NCBI GenBank assembly: GCA_963920595.1
Contig: OY986949.1
Span: 1,922,001 to 1,986,000 of the forward strand
DNA length: 64,000 bases
DNA from: Eimeria praecox
Lineage: Eukaryota
Direction: 5' to 3'
The translations under genes and the position numbers were made by a program. The notes under the pieces were generated by a model. That model did no database searches, was not told the origin of the DNA, and was given only the letters and a program-made list of their open reading frames with translations. Of this stretch, positions 47,439 to 60,640 are shown in pieces. The first letter of the stretch is position 1. Each line of letters begins with the position of its first letter.

Positions 47439-50400
47439 ATGGGAACTTTAGACGTTAGCTGGCCGGGGGCATGGCGCCTGGGACAGCGATTACCGGCTCA
47501 TGAGCGAAGTAAACTCCTTGGTACGGAGGGTGACGAATGGCTAGACCGCTTTTGTTATGGAGGATGTTGTCAAGAACTAGAACAAATGCCAAGTAAATTG
47601 CCTTCGAAGTGGTCCTGGAGCATCCAGATTCTCTACAGGTGTGATTTGCGTGTGCGCACAGCTCAAGTAGAGGCTGCCGCATTGTTACTGCTGCATTTGC
47701 AAGACGACGCGCTAAAAAGACAGTTGGAATATGACGACGAGCTGCAGAAGTGGCTTAAAGAGCTGTTGCTGCGGCTGCCGACAGCATATGAATGCCACTC
47801 CGCCCAGGCAACTCCCCTGCCCCAGACGACCCAAAAGTATGGATAATTTATTTTGCACCCTACCCCCTTGCCTGTAATACGATGCCGTTGCAACCATTGT
47901 AGATTACATAAGCCTCTTGCTGTAGGGTGGTTCGTCATTTACTTGTTTTTTTCTACGTGTTGGACAGGCTGCTGCTGCGGGTCTTTCTGCGGCTGTCGCG
48001 GCTGCAGCTGGTCGAGCAGCAGCTGCAGCAGCTACTCTCCTTGCCATGCTCGGCCTGCCTGGATGTTTGCCTATGTTGGGAAGCAGCAGATCCAGCGTTA
48101 TGCATTGAAGTTGCCGCTAATCTGCTGGCCTCGCTGAAGCCCACAAAGCGACAAAAGCTTGTGGCGGAATTACGAGAATCTGTACAATGTACAATTGAGG
48201 CTTCCAAAGAGTCCTTAGACGCTCTGAGCAGAAGGTCGGATTGTCCCTTGGTGTATTCACCATCGTCTGTACTGGGAGGACACGGCGCTTTGTCTGCGTG
48301 GCAGGAGGCTGCTGCTTCCACTTTGCAGCCGTTAATCGAGGCCCTTGCAATTTTACGAGTGGCAACCTGTTGCTTGCCAGTTTCATTTGCACTGGAGTTG
48401 TGGGATAGGAGGCGAAATGCGGACTGCCCAATGCCCACAATAGAGGCAGTGCTGAACTCCTTTAGAGAGCCGGAGGCCGCAATAACTGCCCAGTCTGCTT
48501 TCTCGGCTCCCCTTAGAGCCATCTGTGCAACACTTGTAAGGGCCACCACCATCAGCTTCCAATCGCAGCATACGCTTTTCTAACGTCGCATCGTGGTTTC
48601 TTAATATGGCTATCCAGTGGGTGTGGGATTTCCAGTGACTACATACCTCGAAGGCATCATCGTTGGGGGCCAGTGGTTGGTGTTTCAGACGCGTCCTCCG
48701 TGGTTTCGACGATCTACACCACTTTTGCCACCAAACCTTCATCAGGCCGCCGCCAGAGCTCGGGCCCTGGCTTGTTGCTGTTTAGTGGGGGAAGCAGCAG
48801 CCCAGAGCAGGGATGTTCGGGAGGAGCTAAGAGCTGGAGACACCAGGAGACCTAGTAGGCGCCTGCAGCAAAGGGCAGAGGAGTTGTTGCAAGGTTGGGG
48901 TGCCTCGCTTCTCGAGCTGTTTGAGGTAAGCATAAAAACACTTCGGGAGGGCCAAACGACGGTCTGAAGCACCCGGATGTTCTGACGGTCATTGTTTCTG
49001 CTAAATCTCAGGTTTGTTCGACGGGCGAAGGCGCCACAGAATGCATTGTCGGTGACTTGGAGGTTAGCGGCATTCGTTCTTTGCTGCAGCAGTGGCGCCT
49101 GGCCGATGTGTAAGCTTTGAGACGATCCTGCCGCAAGTTTTGTGCTGAGCTTTGCATCAATGCTGGGTGAATTTGAGGGTGGTGCGCGTTCAGTGTAACG
49201 TGAAAGGCATTTAGAATTTATCTCCATATCAGGGCTGCAGAACGTGAAATTGTTTTGCCGCACAGAAATGAAGACCAGATAGATTACATCGACTCCATTT
49301 TGTCCGCTTCGAAAACCGTAAGGATGCCACCAGGAATTTTGCTGGGCCTGACTCGCCAAAGCTAGTTTGTTGTCCGGTCCCTCAAAGTATAACGGCCGTT
49401 GCACCAGTTGCTTTGGCCCCCGCTGCTGCAGCTCCATTGTACAGAAAGGAGATTCAATGTAGGCTTCATGCTGGCTCGATTACTGTCGGCTTTCCTGGTA
49501 GGATGAAGTTGGAAGCACCCAACAGCCGCCCGCTCCCCCAGAGAACAAGACTTCACTGGCTCTGACTCCAGCAGATGCTACGACCGTACGGTAAGGTTTG
49601 CATTTATATATCAGAGGAGCAGTGCTGGTTTGCTCGTGCACAAAAGCTCTACCCTACTTTGTTGCGCATCTTTTATTGATAGCTGACAGAGCTGGCGCTT
49701 CTGGGAAGAATTGGCTTTTAGGCAACTGCAAGAGATGCTCCCCAGTCATGGGCCGGGTTACTTGTATTTGGCGCTTCGGGAGTTAAGAGGAAATGCGGAC
49801 GAGGTTGTCTCTCTCTCCATGGAAAATATGAAGCCTGCCAACCTGCGATCTGTCCCAGTCGAGGCGACTCTTGAAGGTAACCAAGCCTGAAACCCTGCAC
49901 TAGAACCTGGATTATTTCAGCCTAGCTTTTTTTGTGAATGTGTTGGGCGCCATAGTGAGTTTTTTTCGAGGGCCTGCGCCATTAGTAGGCACTTTGCAAG
50001 CACAGCTCATGGCCTTTTTGTCGTTTGTTGGAATTCCAGATGCGGAGGAGTTCATAGAACGGGAGAAGCACGGCGCAGTTCCGTCGCTAAGCAAGATATC
50101 AGAGAGTGCCGACCTCAAGCGTCAGGTTCTTGCTCTCGCGTAGGCTGTGATGCGAGCTACCCTTGTGCCCTTTTCATATGTTGGCACTATCAGCAATTAA
50201 ATTGCCGTTATTCCTGTAGTCTGCATTTTCATCATGTACCCACACTTTTGAAGAGGGCGGTTGCAATGAAATGGAACGAACAGCCGTCGTTGTGCACGCA
50301 GGGAGCGGGCGGCTGCGGAAGCTTCGGAGTGCAGCGATGACACGAGCAGTTCGCTTTACGATGATGATGCGGACGAAGAGCTTCTGGCAGAGGCTGTGGC

Positions 50401-51045
50401 TAGCCGGGGGAACCCTGCAGAATGTCAGTGCAGCTTGAAGGCCTTGTGGCATGCGACGACGAGTAGACGATGCGTAGATACCCCTAAACCGCTACCAATG
50501 CATGTTGACTCTGCCTTAGCAGGTGCATATTGCCTGTGCTGTTGTCATCACAATGATGCGCAATGCAGCCGAGGCAGAGGAGAGTTCGTCTTCTGACGAA
50601 GCTGAGCAAGAGCAGCAGGGCACTGCAAATTCGTTCCGCGGAGGTAGGGAGCACTGCTTTTCGTCATTGGGTTGAAGGCTTGTCTTGCTGTTACTCGCTG
50701 AGAAAGATCCTGAAATTAATCTCGCTGCATCATCTATGTGTAACCGTAAGAGCATGAGTTCCTTCAGGTCGCACGCCAGTGAGAGGCGGTACTCTGGCAG
50801 CGCGGCGCAAGGAAACCAATAAAGCTTCCATAGGCAACCATTCACGCCGCAACCAGTGAGTTGGACAGTGCTGCGAATGTGAGAAAGGCGGCTGTGAGAG
50901 AACACGGCGGTTATGCCCAGTCGCGCACATGCACATGAGTGATGTGCAAGTAGTATTTGCGTGAGCATCTTTTATGAAGAGTTCGGTGGGGCTGCGTGAT
51001 ATCCGCAGGCGTCGTCGCAAGATTGAACGGTGCATGGGGCCGTGA
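47439..51045 (+). CDS. ASCC2: Activating signal cointegrator 1 complex subunit 2 (ASCC2/Cue3-like) CUE-domain protein
   Basis: N-terminal helical region (LLLRVFLRLS...CLDVCLCW); CUE exon 49690-49876 (RQLQEMLPSHGPGYLYLALRELRGNADEVVSLSME); LKRQVLALA and an acidic YDDDADEE; C-terminal RRKETNKASIGNHSRRNQRRRKIERCMGP (exons 50768-50855 and 51009-51045), resembling the ASCC2 RKE.NK...NH.RR tail. Confidence 0.8.
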
Positions 51046-51751
51046 ATGCACACTTCCAGTTTTTCGTTCATGGCAACGGTTGACGCAAAGATAAGGGTTC
51101 ATTGGGCAGGACGCTTCGTTAGGTGGAGGCTGGTAGTGCCTGTAGGCTTCCGTGCATAGCTGACTGCCAACTTGCGTGTCGCGCAAGTTGGCAATGATCG
51201 CTAGGCTAAACATTAACAAAAAGCCGAAAACTTTTCCTTAGTGGCTTGTTACTGACTTGCTTAGCAAAGTGCGCAGATACGACCTAATGCAGGCGCGAGC
51301 GCCCGCCTCTTTTCCTTTTTGGAAGAATCCTTCAGGAAGCGGTCTAGACGCGGTGCAGGTACTACGCTTTCCTCACCTACTACTACCCATCTGCTGCTGT
51401 TATAGAGCATCAGGGGCGTGTTACTACTTGGTACCCATGGTTTGGCGGAAGCAAGAAACCATCTGTAGAGTGAGACAGCAGTCAAAATGCAAGCGTTCTG
51501 AATACCTCCAACCCTGATGCTGAGCATGAACGCGCAGAAGAGCGCTTAGGAAGGCTCGGGACATTTATCCCTAGAGGGGATGTGAAGGTCCAGCAGTGAA
51601 GGCCAGCGCCATTTGCGGCGCTGGGCTATTCTTGTCTCCCCTCCGCCCTTCTGGCTCACGCCACTCAGTAGCTCGCGTGCGTATCCTACACGCCTCCCTC
51701 TTGGCGCTCCAGGCGTTGCTGGATGTGCCACACCACAAATCAATGGCAGTG

Positions 51752-54700
51752 CTAACTGCGATGCTTATGTGTAAATCTCGTCTGGTTTCCATTTTGGTGG
51801 GAATCGCGCTCCTCCGACTGAGCGCCACCCGAACGCTGCAGCTCATCCATTCGGCGCAGTGCATCTCGGATGGCCGACACGCGAGACGAAGCCAACTCAA
51901 AAGCTTCCCGCGTCATCTCCTTGCTGTTCTTAGCGCAGCAGCCTGTAATCGAGAGTGCACGCACACGCAAAATTGCACATGCCTCCTCTTAGCTCAAAGG
52001 CAGCCAGGTGGTGGCTTGGCATGCATTCACCTGATCTCCCTAAAGCCTCTGTGCATAGTCGTCCAAGGGAAGTCCGTATCGCCGGGTGAATAAGGAAACG
52101 TGCTGCATACAAGAATGTGGTTCGGGATTCTGGCAAGCTACAGTGCCACCCCTTACCTCCAGCGCATGCTTTTTGAACCCAATGTTCTTTTGTCCGTTCA
52201 AAGAAGTCACGCAGCGACTCGCCTTCTGCAGGGGTTTCCAACGGGTCGTCAAGACCAAACCGTTCCTGTGGCAAAGTATCCATGTACGCCTTTGCTTGCC
52301 ACTCATCGCAAAGAAGAGAAGACTGCGCATGACCTCGTGCAGATATTTTTCTGGAATTTTACTTTAATTTGAGTGTCTAGTGGCATCACATCGCTAGGTC
52401 TGCAGATATGCCCAACATCCAGGCAGCTTTTTACTTACCCGCAATTGCTGCATCTCCTCCTTAGCACGGCACCGTCTCCGCTCTTTGTTAGCCAGTCGCT
52501 TTGGTTCTTCTGCGGAAAACACAGCTTAACGCAAGTCAGATATGTACAAGCCAGCTGCCAGTTTCAGACTTGCCGTTTTGATAATGGCATACCCTCATCC
52601 GAGCTTGTCATTTCATCGTCTAGTTCATCGCTTTCGGAGCTTCCTGGATCGCTGCAGCTGCTATCGTCCTCGCTGTCGCTTGCGCCGCTACTCCCAGCTT
52701 CGCTCTCTGCTCCTTGCCACTCTTGTTCGTGCATCGTGCCCTCCAATACGCGTACCCAGCGGTCCCTGAAGGCAATGCGTTAAACGCCAATTTGCCTGGA
52801 CGTAAGCAGCTTACTGGCAAAGCTATTGCCTACACGGATACTTGAGTAAAACGTTAGAGGGATTGAATGGGGAATGGGATTTTTAGCAGGATAAGCCAAC
52901 ACATGCAAATGGACAGTATGCCCAGTTAACCTTCTTACAACCCTACTCTGCCTCAGGTTGGATAGCAAGCGTGCCCACCGTTTACTGAGGTTAAGGCTCC
53001 AGCAGTCATCCAAGGTTATTTCCTTACTCCCCAGCTCCATTAGGCCCCCCATCAAAACCAAATTCGAACCCCGCACACAAATCATTCCATGAAGTCGCGG
53101 AAGGGGGACATCCGTTGAAAACACTGAAGAGGCCTGTAGCACTTCAAGTGGCCCAGCTGAGGCCAAACTCTGAAGTGAATCAGCAGCCTGGGGCTGTGTG
53201 TGCTGAGCCTTTCCTTCAGGAGATTCCATGGGAGTAGTGGGCTCCAGGGCACCACCAGGCTCACGCTCCGCAGGGAAATCACACGCAGATGTGCTTGTGA
53301 CAGTGCTGCTCTCGGTGCAGCAATTAAATGATACTTCGTTGCTTTTATTCTGGTGCTCTGGTGAGCTATGTAGAAGAGGAGCATCTGGGCGCGTCGCCAC
53401 AGCACGATTTACTTCCGGAAGATCCTCTAGGCGCAATTTCACTAATCGGCCTTTGGAGTCGAAGTAAGCAAACGTTTTCTGAAGGAATTACTCCATTCCA
53501 AAGCACAGCGGAACCACAGGATTTCACTCTGCGCAAATTCACGGTTTCACAAAAAGCAAAGCAGAGTTGGAGAAGGCACAATGCAAGCAGCGAACACCCA
53601 TGCATCATCAGTACGTTCCCGAAGACGAAGCAGAATTATCACGCACTCGTAGCTGCGAATATCTTGCGACTCACTTGCCAGTTTTCTTCATCAGCAGAAG
53701 ATTCTCCACCACTCTCACTTTCGCAGGTCCGCTGTCCCTCGCAAGGATATAAATGACCTTGAAGCGGAAATGCACATGCTTTGGCATACTTCTTATATTT
53801 CCCTACCTCTTGGGTAGGACAATAACGCCTTTAATAACAAGGCAGTGTTCACTCTGGGAACCTGAAAGGTGCCTCACCGGCATCCTGTTCAGTCCTTTTG
53901 GGGGCGCGCTTCTTTGAGGCCCCCTTCTTTCCGGTCTTCAGCTCAAGACGGTACCAACGCCTGCAGATGCAAATCTTCACCCAGGTAAATTCTTTGAAAT
54001 CAAGCACGGCGGAATCTCGGGCAACTGTTGTGCCCTAGCAAAGCTAAAAGCTGTGAAGGGACGCGCTCAGCACGACCAGCGCTATGCCGTTTGGACCTGC
54101 CTCTTCGTGACGTCAAATGAATGCAAGTCGTTGAAGAAGACGGACGACAGATTTGTTCCTCCATCATCTTGGTCAGCGACTCCGCCGAAAACAACAACGG
54201 TAGATTTGTACGCAGTTGCGCACATTCCTATGTACAAGCAAGGGAAAGCCGCATAAGCCTCACATGGAGCCCTAAAACTGTGGCCGCAGGATATTCGAAT
54301 TCATTAGCCTGCTAATAATTGCAACTGCACACGCAGGTAGCTCCTCAGTTACTTCACGCTACCGCAGCAGCAGTCGAAAATGTGCATTTCAACAAGGCGC
54401 CAAGAGTGCTTTTTAACCTACCGGTTCTTGGTGATGGTGGAGTACCGCTATTTTTTATTTTCTCCCACGTAGGGGCCTGCGTAAGTGGTCCTTTAGCCAA
54501 TGGTTTCAAGTCCAAGAGCCACGAGTCCTGAGCAATTTCATGAACCCCAGCTCTAGCCATACCACATTCATGAAGTTGTACGACGTGCTTCCCCTGTCTA
54601 AAGTGGCTGGCCTTCTTGTTGTGCCTCTTAAGGTGTCCTATTACAATACGAATAAAGGTGTGCCCACTACCATCGGAAAGGAATCGGTGAAGATGGCACA

Positions 54701-56305
54701 GCCACGTGGCACCCAGGGTAAGCCAGGAATGGCTCAAGCTGAAGGTTCAAAGCCCACAGTGAATATCTTGCCCTGAACACGCTTATTCGTGTCCCTGATC
54801 TTAGCAAAGCCACCATGGAGCAGTATCACATCTCCAACGACGACGAAGACACATCCCCCTCTAGCCTCTGGAATGTGCGCATGGGGTGGAAACTCGATTT
54901 TCCTCCATCTGTGAAGAAAGTGCTACACGCACACAATGTAAGCCGATATAACACCACCGTAGCTTGCTTAAAAGCTCGCAAGCTCCCAGTCCGAGGTTGA
55001 ATTGTTCAGCAATGAACAAGCGCAGCTTCCGATTAGCGCAGTCAAGCAAAGAACTGACACAGGACTAACTTGTTTTCGCTGAAGACGAATACATATAAGT
55101 CGTTATAGTAACGCGTATCTCTTCCGGTGTCATGGAATCCGCCAAACAGAATGAGCAGGCCACGCCAAACAGCCTGTCAAAAAACAAGGGAATGGAACAG
55201 CAGTAAAAAAGGATCTGAACTCGGTAACTAAGTTCTCCCCAAACCCTTCAGAACCCCGCAAAACAAGCACGCATCCTTGTAAACGGGGTTTCTTTGAGCT
55301 GTTAGGAGGGATTTTGAAGATGTTTCCCCCTCAAGAAGCGCCCTGGAACCCGGATGAAGCGCCAGGCAAAGTCTAAAGACACATGTAAGGCGCAAAAGCA
55401 CCATGCAAATGTACACAAATGATTATCTGCACCTCAAGGTTTTAACCGGTTCAAAGGGGTTGGTAAGTAGCTTACCATTCGGTGCCCGCTCCGAGGTGAT
55501 GGGACTTGCGTAGGGCACTCAACGAGAATTTTATTCCATAAATTTGACTTTAGATCGAATCGCCAGAAGTCTTTATAGTGATGAAATTGATAATACGTTG
55601 AAAATTCACCCCCAAATACATAAAGCGCATCGCTGCACATAGCACTATAGACCATGCATGATGGTGAAACTTTGTATGGGGAAAGAGTCGCTTATATAAA
55701 ACAAACAAGGTTTTCAAGTCAACAAATAGCGATCAACAGAAGAAGGATGACTGCTTTTGCAACGAGACCGGTATCGTTGGGCTCACTTGTGGTACACTGC
55801 TTGATGAGAGCATCGAGCTTTTGGCATTTCTGGAGCTTCCAGGCGGCGCCATTCTCCCTTGTCCATATCCCACTTGAAAAGGTCCCCGTACACTCGGACT
55901 TTTTTGCCGTCATAGCTTTCCCCCCCAAAGAGCAAGAAGTCACCGCTGAACAGCAACGCGCACTGTGGAACAAACGTTGTATTTGCTGCATACATTTTGG
56001 CCTAAATAAAAGAACAATGGCGCCCAAAAGGCCTGGCATTTCTCATACCTCGGTAGCAGCGTAAGGGACGCGTGGGCTCTAGGGGAAGGCTGCTGGCAAG
56101 GTGTGGCTTGCGTCTTGCTGATCTGCCTTTGTCGGTGTTCCTCCTCTAGCTGTTGCAGTAGCACATCAATCGGGGTCTCGTCACAATCTACTTCACCTTT
56201 CTTCTGCTTCTTTTTCTGCTCTTTTGCAGCGGCCTTTTTCTGCTGCAGCTCCCGCCGGGCAGCTTTCTGTTGAGCCTTCTTGTTGTTGCCCTTAGGAGGA
56301 GCCAT
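51752..56305 (-). CDS. KLHDC4: Kelch-domain-containing protein 4 (Kel3-like) with C-terminal DUF4110-type region
   Basis: Lys-rich N-terminus; PSPRAHASL, LLFGGESYDG, LYVFGGEFSTYYQFHHYKDFW, PSPRSGHRM, LFGGFHDT...YYNDL, GGLMELGSKEITLDDCWSLNL; C-terminal TPAEGESLRDFFERTKEHW. Confidence 0.9.
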
Positions 56306-59300
56306 CCTCAAATGATTAGTTCATCAAAGCCCGCATAGGAATGTGTTCAGCTGCAGGCATGTGTTGCCGCACGCTGTGACCGTTTGGGCCCTAAGCGGGT
56401 GTGCTTCGGCCGAGATGGCGAATTGGTTCCGCTACCAAGACAGCGCTGATGCCCCTGTTCAATGGTAAATGAGAAGTGAATGTAAGCGGCTTGATGTTGT
56501 CTTAGCTTGTTTTGTGCCTTCCTCTCGAATTCGAAACCTTTTGAACAGGGGCCCCATGGCAGCATGCATCGGCCCCACAGAACTCCATTCAGTCCGTTTC
56601 AGCATCAGTGTAGTTTGCAAGCGCAGTTTGCAAGGCAAAACAAGCAAGCTTGGTCACAGTTTGCTATTTAGGAGGTGCTTCAGTTCGGATAGTTACCTAC
56701 AGCTAACTGTGTCCCCGTATTCTGCGCAGCAGCCCGTCATTGCTCGTGCATCGGCCAGTGACCACTGGTGCAGGTAGGAATGCTTGTGTTGGTAATATAT
56801 CAATTCTAGTAAAATGGCGTTCGTAATAAGAATGGCTACGGGGCGTGGTTTTAGTTTTCTGTGCGGGACGAGAGCTGTGTGTGCATGTGTAACTTCGATT
56901 GCTGGATGCGCGTGCAGAAGTTGCAGACGTGCTCCATCTTCTGCAACATGCGGAAGAGGGCTAGCTCTTTCATATTTGCATATCTCCAGAAGTCGCCTTT
57001 AAAGGGATGCTTCGCTATAAGGCATTGCTAGGTGTCATCTCCCCTTTACACCAGCCTCGCTCTAGGCAAATCAGCTGGTAAAACCAACGTGAATCAGGCA
57101 TGCATATCGGTGTTCCAAAATTAATCGCTATATTTTCCCCAGCTGTATCTGCTTCATAGGTTCTTTTCATTTTACAAGCTGGGCAGAGGTGGAATATCTT
57201 CCGTCAGCTAGCATCGTTCTTCCGTCTATGCACTGCAAACTAACATTTTTGAATGTTCATTGCCGCAAGCTATGTTTTCTTCAGGTCGACAGTTGTGTTT
57301 GTTGATTCGGGTCTACAGGACCTCCCTGTTGGTTGTCCGTGTTTGTGGCCAGCGCATGTGGAGGGCTTGGATACCTATCAACGAGAAGGCGATAATTATC
57401 CCCCCCCACGGGCACCAGACACTTAACGAACGCTTAAGTTTCCCCCATCCACAACTGCATACCCAACATCCCGAGCATAGTACCTTATGCAGAACTGAAG
57501 AGCCAGGAATAATGTTTGGTGGAGAATGCGGAAGTAAATTCCTCCCTTCGAATTCCTTGATACATCGCCTGAATCGACAAAAGCTCTTTGTGCGCCCGCC
57601 CGCACATCTGTCGTCTGTATTGGTCTCCACGTGTGCCTTCAGTACTCATTCTGGCAACTACAGGTGCTTTTTGTCAAGTTGCGTGAATGGTAACGTATGT
57701 CTCCAGGTAACGGCTACTCCCGGGGTAGGCCAGCTAGAAGATGCAGAGCGATGCTACGCACTGCGCACTTCTTAGTTTTTGTCAGATTGTAAAGTAGCTC
57801 CTTGCCTACATGGATGAGGCCGGGCATGCTTGTATGCGGATTGAATCTTCTGAATCTGAGTTGTTACTAATTACTACAGCCATGAGGGCGTCGCTTACAC
57901 CTCGAAACCAAGCGTAACTCGGCTTTTCCCGCAGGGCGCGACGGCGATTGGAAGTAATAATAATAAGGCTCGGGCTTTAGGTATCTCCACAGGGCTTGCA
58001 GGCAATCAGAGGACAGATTTCAGCCTTTAGCAGTCGCAATGATACAGCAAGCGCCATTAGAACAACGGCGTAGCATGGCTCTTGAACTGGCTCTTTTAAG
58101 CAAGCTTTAGCGCTCTCCTCTACTCGCATGGACGATGTTTTGTTTACTATCCGGTAAGCTAGTATTGCCTTGAAGCTGTGCATGCCTACTGAGCTTCCTC
58201 AGGATATGGTGTACGTGGTGATTTTGTTCCGAAGGCAGAAAAGCGTACATTTTGAGTGGTTGTAATCCCTTTAAAAGGACTTCGACTGGCAACGCAGGCA
58301 AGCCATGCCCTCTTGTACACTAACCCCTCCCCCAGTCCCCCGCCGCCCCCTGTTGAGATGCTGGTATTTCTGCTAATTGCCAACTAGAACGAACAAGCCT
58401 GGCTCTCTCGCTTCATTATCTACCGTGCACGGCTGCTGACCGTAATGCAGCATACCAAGGCGAAAAACAAATTATCATGTTTACGGTAAATTCATGCACC
58501 GGTCGGGCGACAGGACAGTTTAGGCTCCCCCTGTGCATGACCTGTAGCTTCACGTTCAACAAGCAACAGGAACTCCTAGCGGAATGCACCACCACTCGGC
58601 AGTCCATGCCACACTGTGCCTTACCAGAGCTTTTTTTTTCTGGCTGGTAGCAGGAAGCTTTCAGACCCCGTCCAGAAGCGTAAGCGTGAATGTTTTAGGC
58701 GCAAACCTTTCATATTACAGCCCGCCAGAGGCTGGACATGCCACCATCGGCTGCGCTGAGCTGTAAGCAACACTTATAAGCTCCCTTTGTGATAGAGCTG
58801 GGGAAATTTCGATCTTAAGTGACGTGCTTGAGATAGGTTTCGATCTGCTCACCATTCAGATTATCCACCAAAGTGAGGGTGGCCTAGATACTTTTTTTAG
58901 ATGGTGCATGCATTACTGCAGAGGACGACTCAGCCTAACAGCATTTCATCGGTCATCAGTCCCTTATCAGCAATCCAGTCCCCTGTGCAACTAGCCACTG
59001 TTACAGCACCCTCTACGCATGGGCATGAGTGCCACAATTGTGCATGTAATCGATGGCCCTGAAACTTTCTGCTCTAGGCCCAGTTGGTGCTTTCAGCAGG
59101 CAACACACTCCCCGTGAACTTCGCATTGTGATCCCGCAGTGATGCCGTTGGTAGTGTTGATTTAATGAATTCAAATGATAGGGCAAGCCGTCAGTTGCAT
59201 GTCAATATTTTCAAAACGGCGTAAAAAACGCTTTCGGCACACTGGCGCGGCAGTCCAGTGAGCCGGGCAAGACTTTCGTATGGGAGATACAGTTGCAGCA

Positions 59301-59901
59301 AACTAATACAGGAGGATGGATTTGGGGTGCTTAGTCGTGCCATTCAGCTAATTCACAATCCATGCAAATTTGCTTCCTATATGAGGACCAGCAAAACGCA
59401 CTTTTATAGGGTACATTTGAAACGAAAGCATGCGTCTCCCCGTATCAGTACACGTGAAAAAGCATAGCCTAGAGGAGTGGCCTGGATTAGGGGGCGGCGT
59501 TGGTTTCCACCTTTGATCTTGAGAATTGACATATTACTTCAATTTGGCATGCCATCGCCAAGCATTCAATCACATTCATCCCCCCAAAGAGGCATCATGA
59601 AAATCCAACCAACACCCCCTTGCAGAGTGGCCCTCCAGATTCTGACGCTATTCCCGGCATGTCTTCTAACGCCTGAGCAGCCAGCAGGCAGCCTACACAA
59701 TGTACTACAAGTCCAGGCCACTGACAGTTGAAATGTGCCCAACAGTCGAGTCCTCACTGGCTGCGCCGTGATTGGGAGCTGCGTTTGCTCCCTTGCAGCT
59801 GCCCCCAGAATGTAGTACAACCGTCCATGCAAATATCTGCATCCTCATCCCCCGTCAGAGGTAAAACCTGAAAATTCGAATCATTAAAGCCCATTGGGCA
59901 T

Positions 59902-60640
59902 TTAGACTCTTGAAGCTTTGCTTGACGTCTTTTGTGTTGGCCTCCGCTCGAGTCCAGCCGCCAAGACGTAGTACCCAGCAAACAACAAAATCACCGAAAG
60001 GAGGTCAGCCAGAAAGTGCCGCTTGATTTTCTCGGACATAACGCCCAAACTGAAGATGAGCACACACACGCACGAGATGAGCAAGGGGCTCAGAGAAAAG
60101 TAAAAGGAAGTGCACTGGTTTAGCGCTGGTCTAAGTGCATAATTACAAAATATCACGAACACGGTTCGGTTCGGAACGCCATACATCGAACATTACATAC
60201 TGCTTTTCTTTTAGCTACAAATCTAGCGAATAAAACTGCAATCCACTGACAGATGTGCTACTGCCCCCAAGGGCTTACAAATATCGGGTGTCGGACAACT
60301 TCTCTGTCTCAGATGCATCTGCTTCAACCATCAGGGTGCGAAGCCTTTCCAGATTCCCCTTCTCACGATGTTCATCCGAAACGACACCGCCGCCAGCACT
60401 TGCAGTCGGTGATTTAGCACCTGCTCCCCCCCTTAAGCCTATACCATCCTGCACAGCAGGCTTGTCAACATGCGTACCTTCTGCATCACTCGCTATCGCT
60501 ACTCCCAGGGCGCTCGAGCCACCGGATGCAACGGCGGTGCTTGAACCATCCGCAAGGAAAAGCAGCTGTAGCATGAGCAGGACCAGCAGCAAATGTCGGA
60601 CCACCGGCCCGATACCAAGCAGTCTTTGAGATCCCCCCAT
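59902..60640 (-). CDS. Small hypothetical type I membrane protein (signal peptide + C-terminal TM); 2 exons
   Basis: N-terminal [16 protein letters not shown] phase-2 intron 60278-60050 joins in frame to LGVMSEKIKRHFLADLLSVILLFAGYYVLAAGL and a basic tail. Confidence 0.65.

Noticed and set aside
56400..59800. ORF 57260-57775 and exon-like fragments on the minus strand
   Set aside because: No convincing frame or homology by eye; left unannotated.
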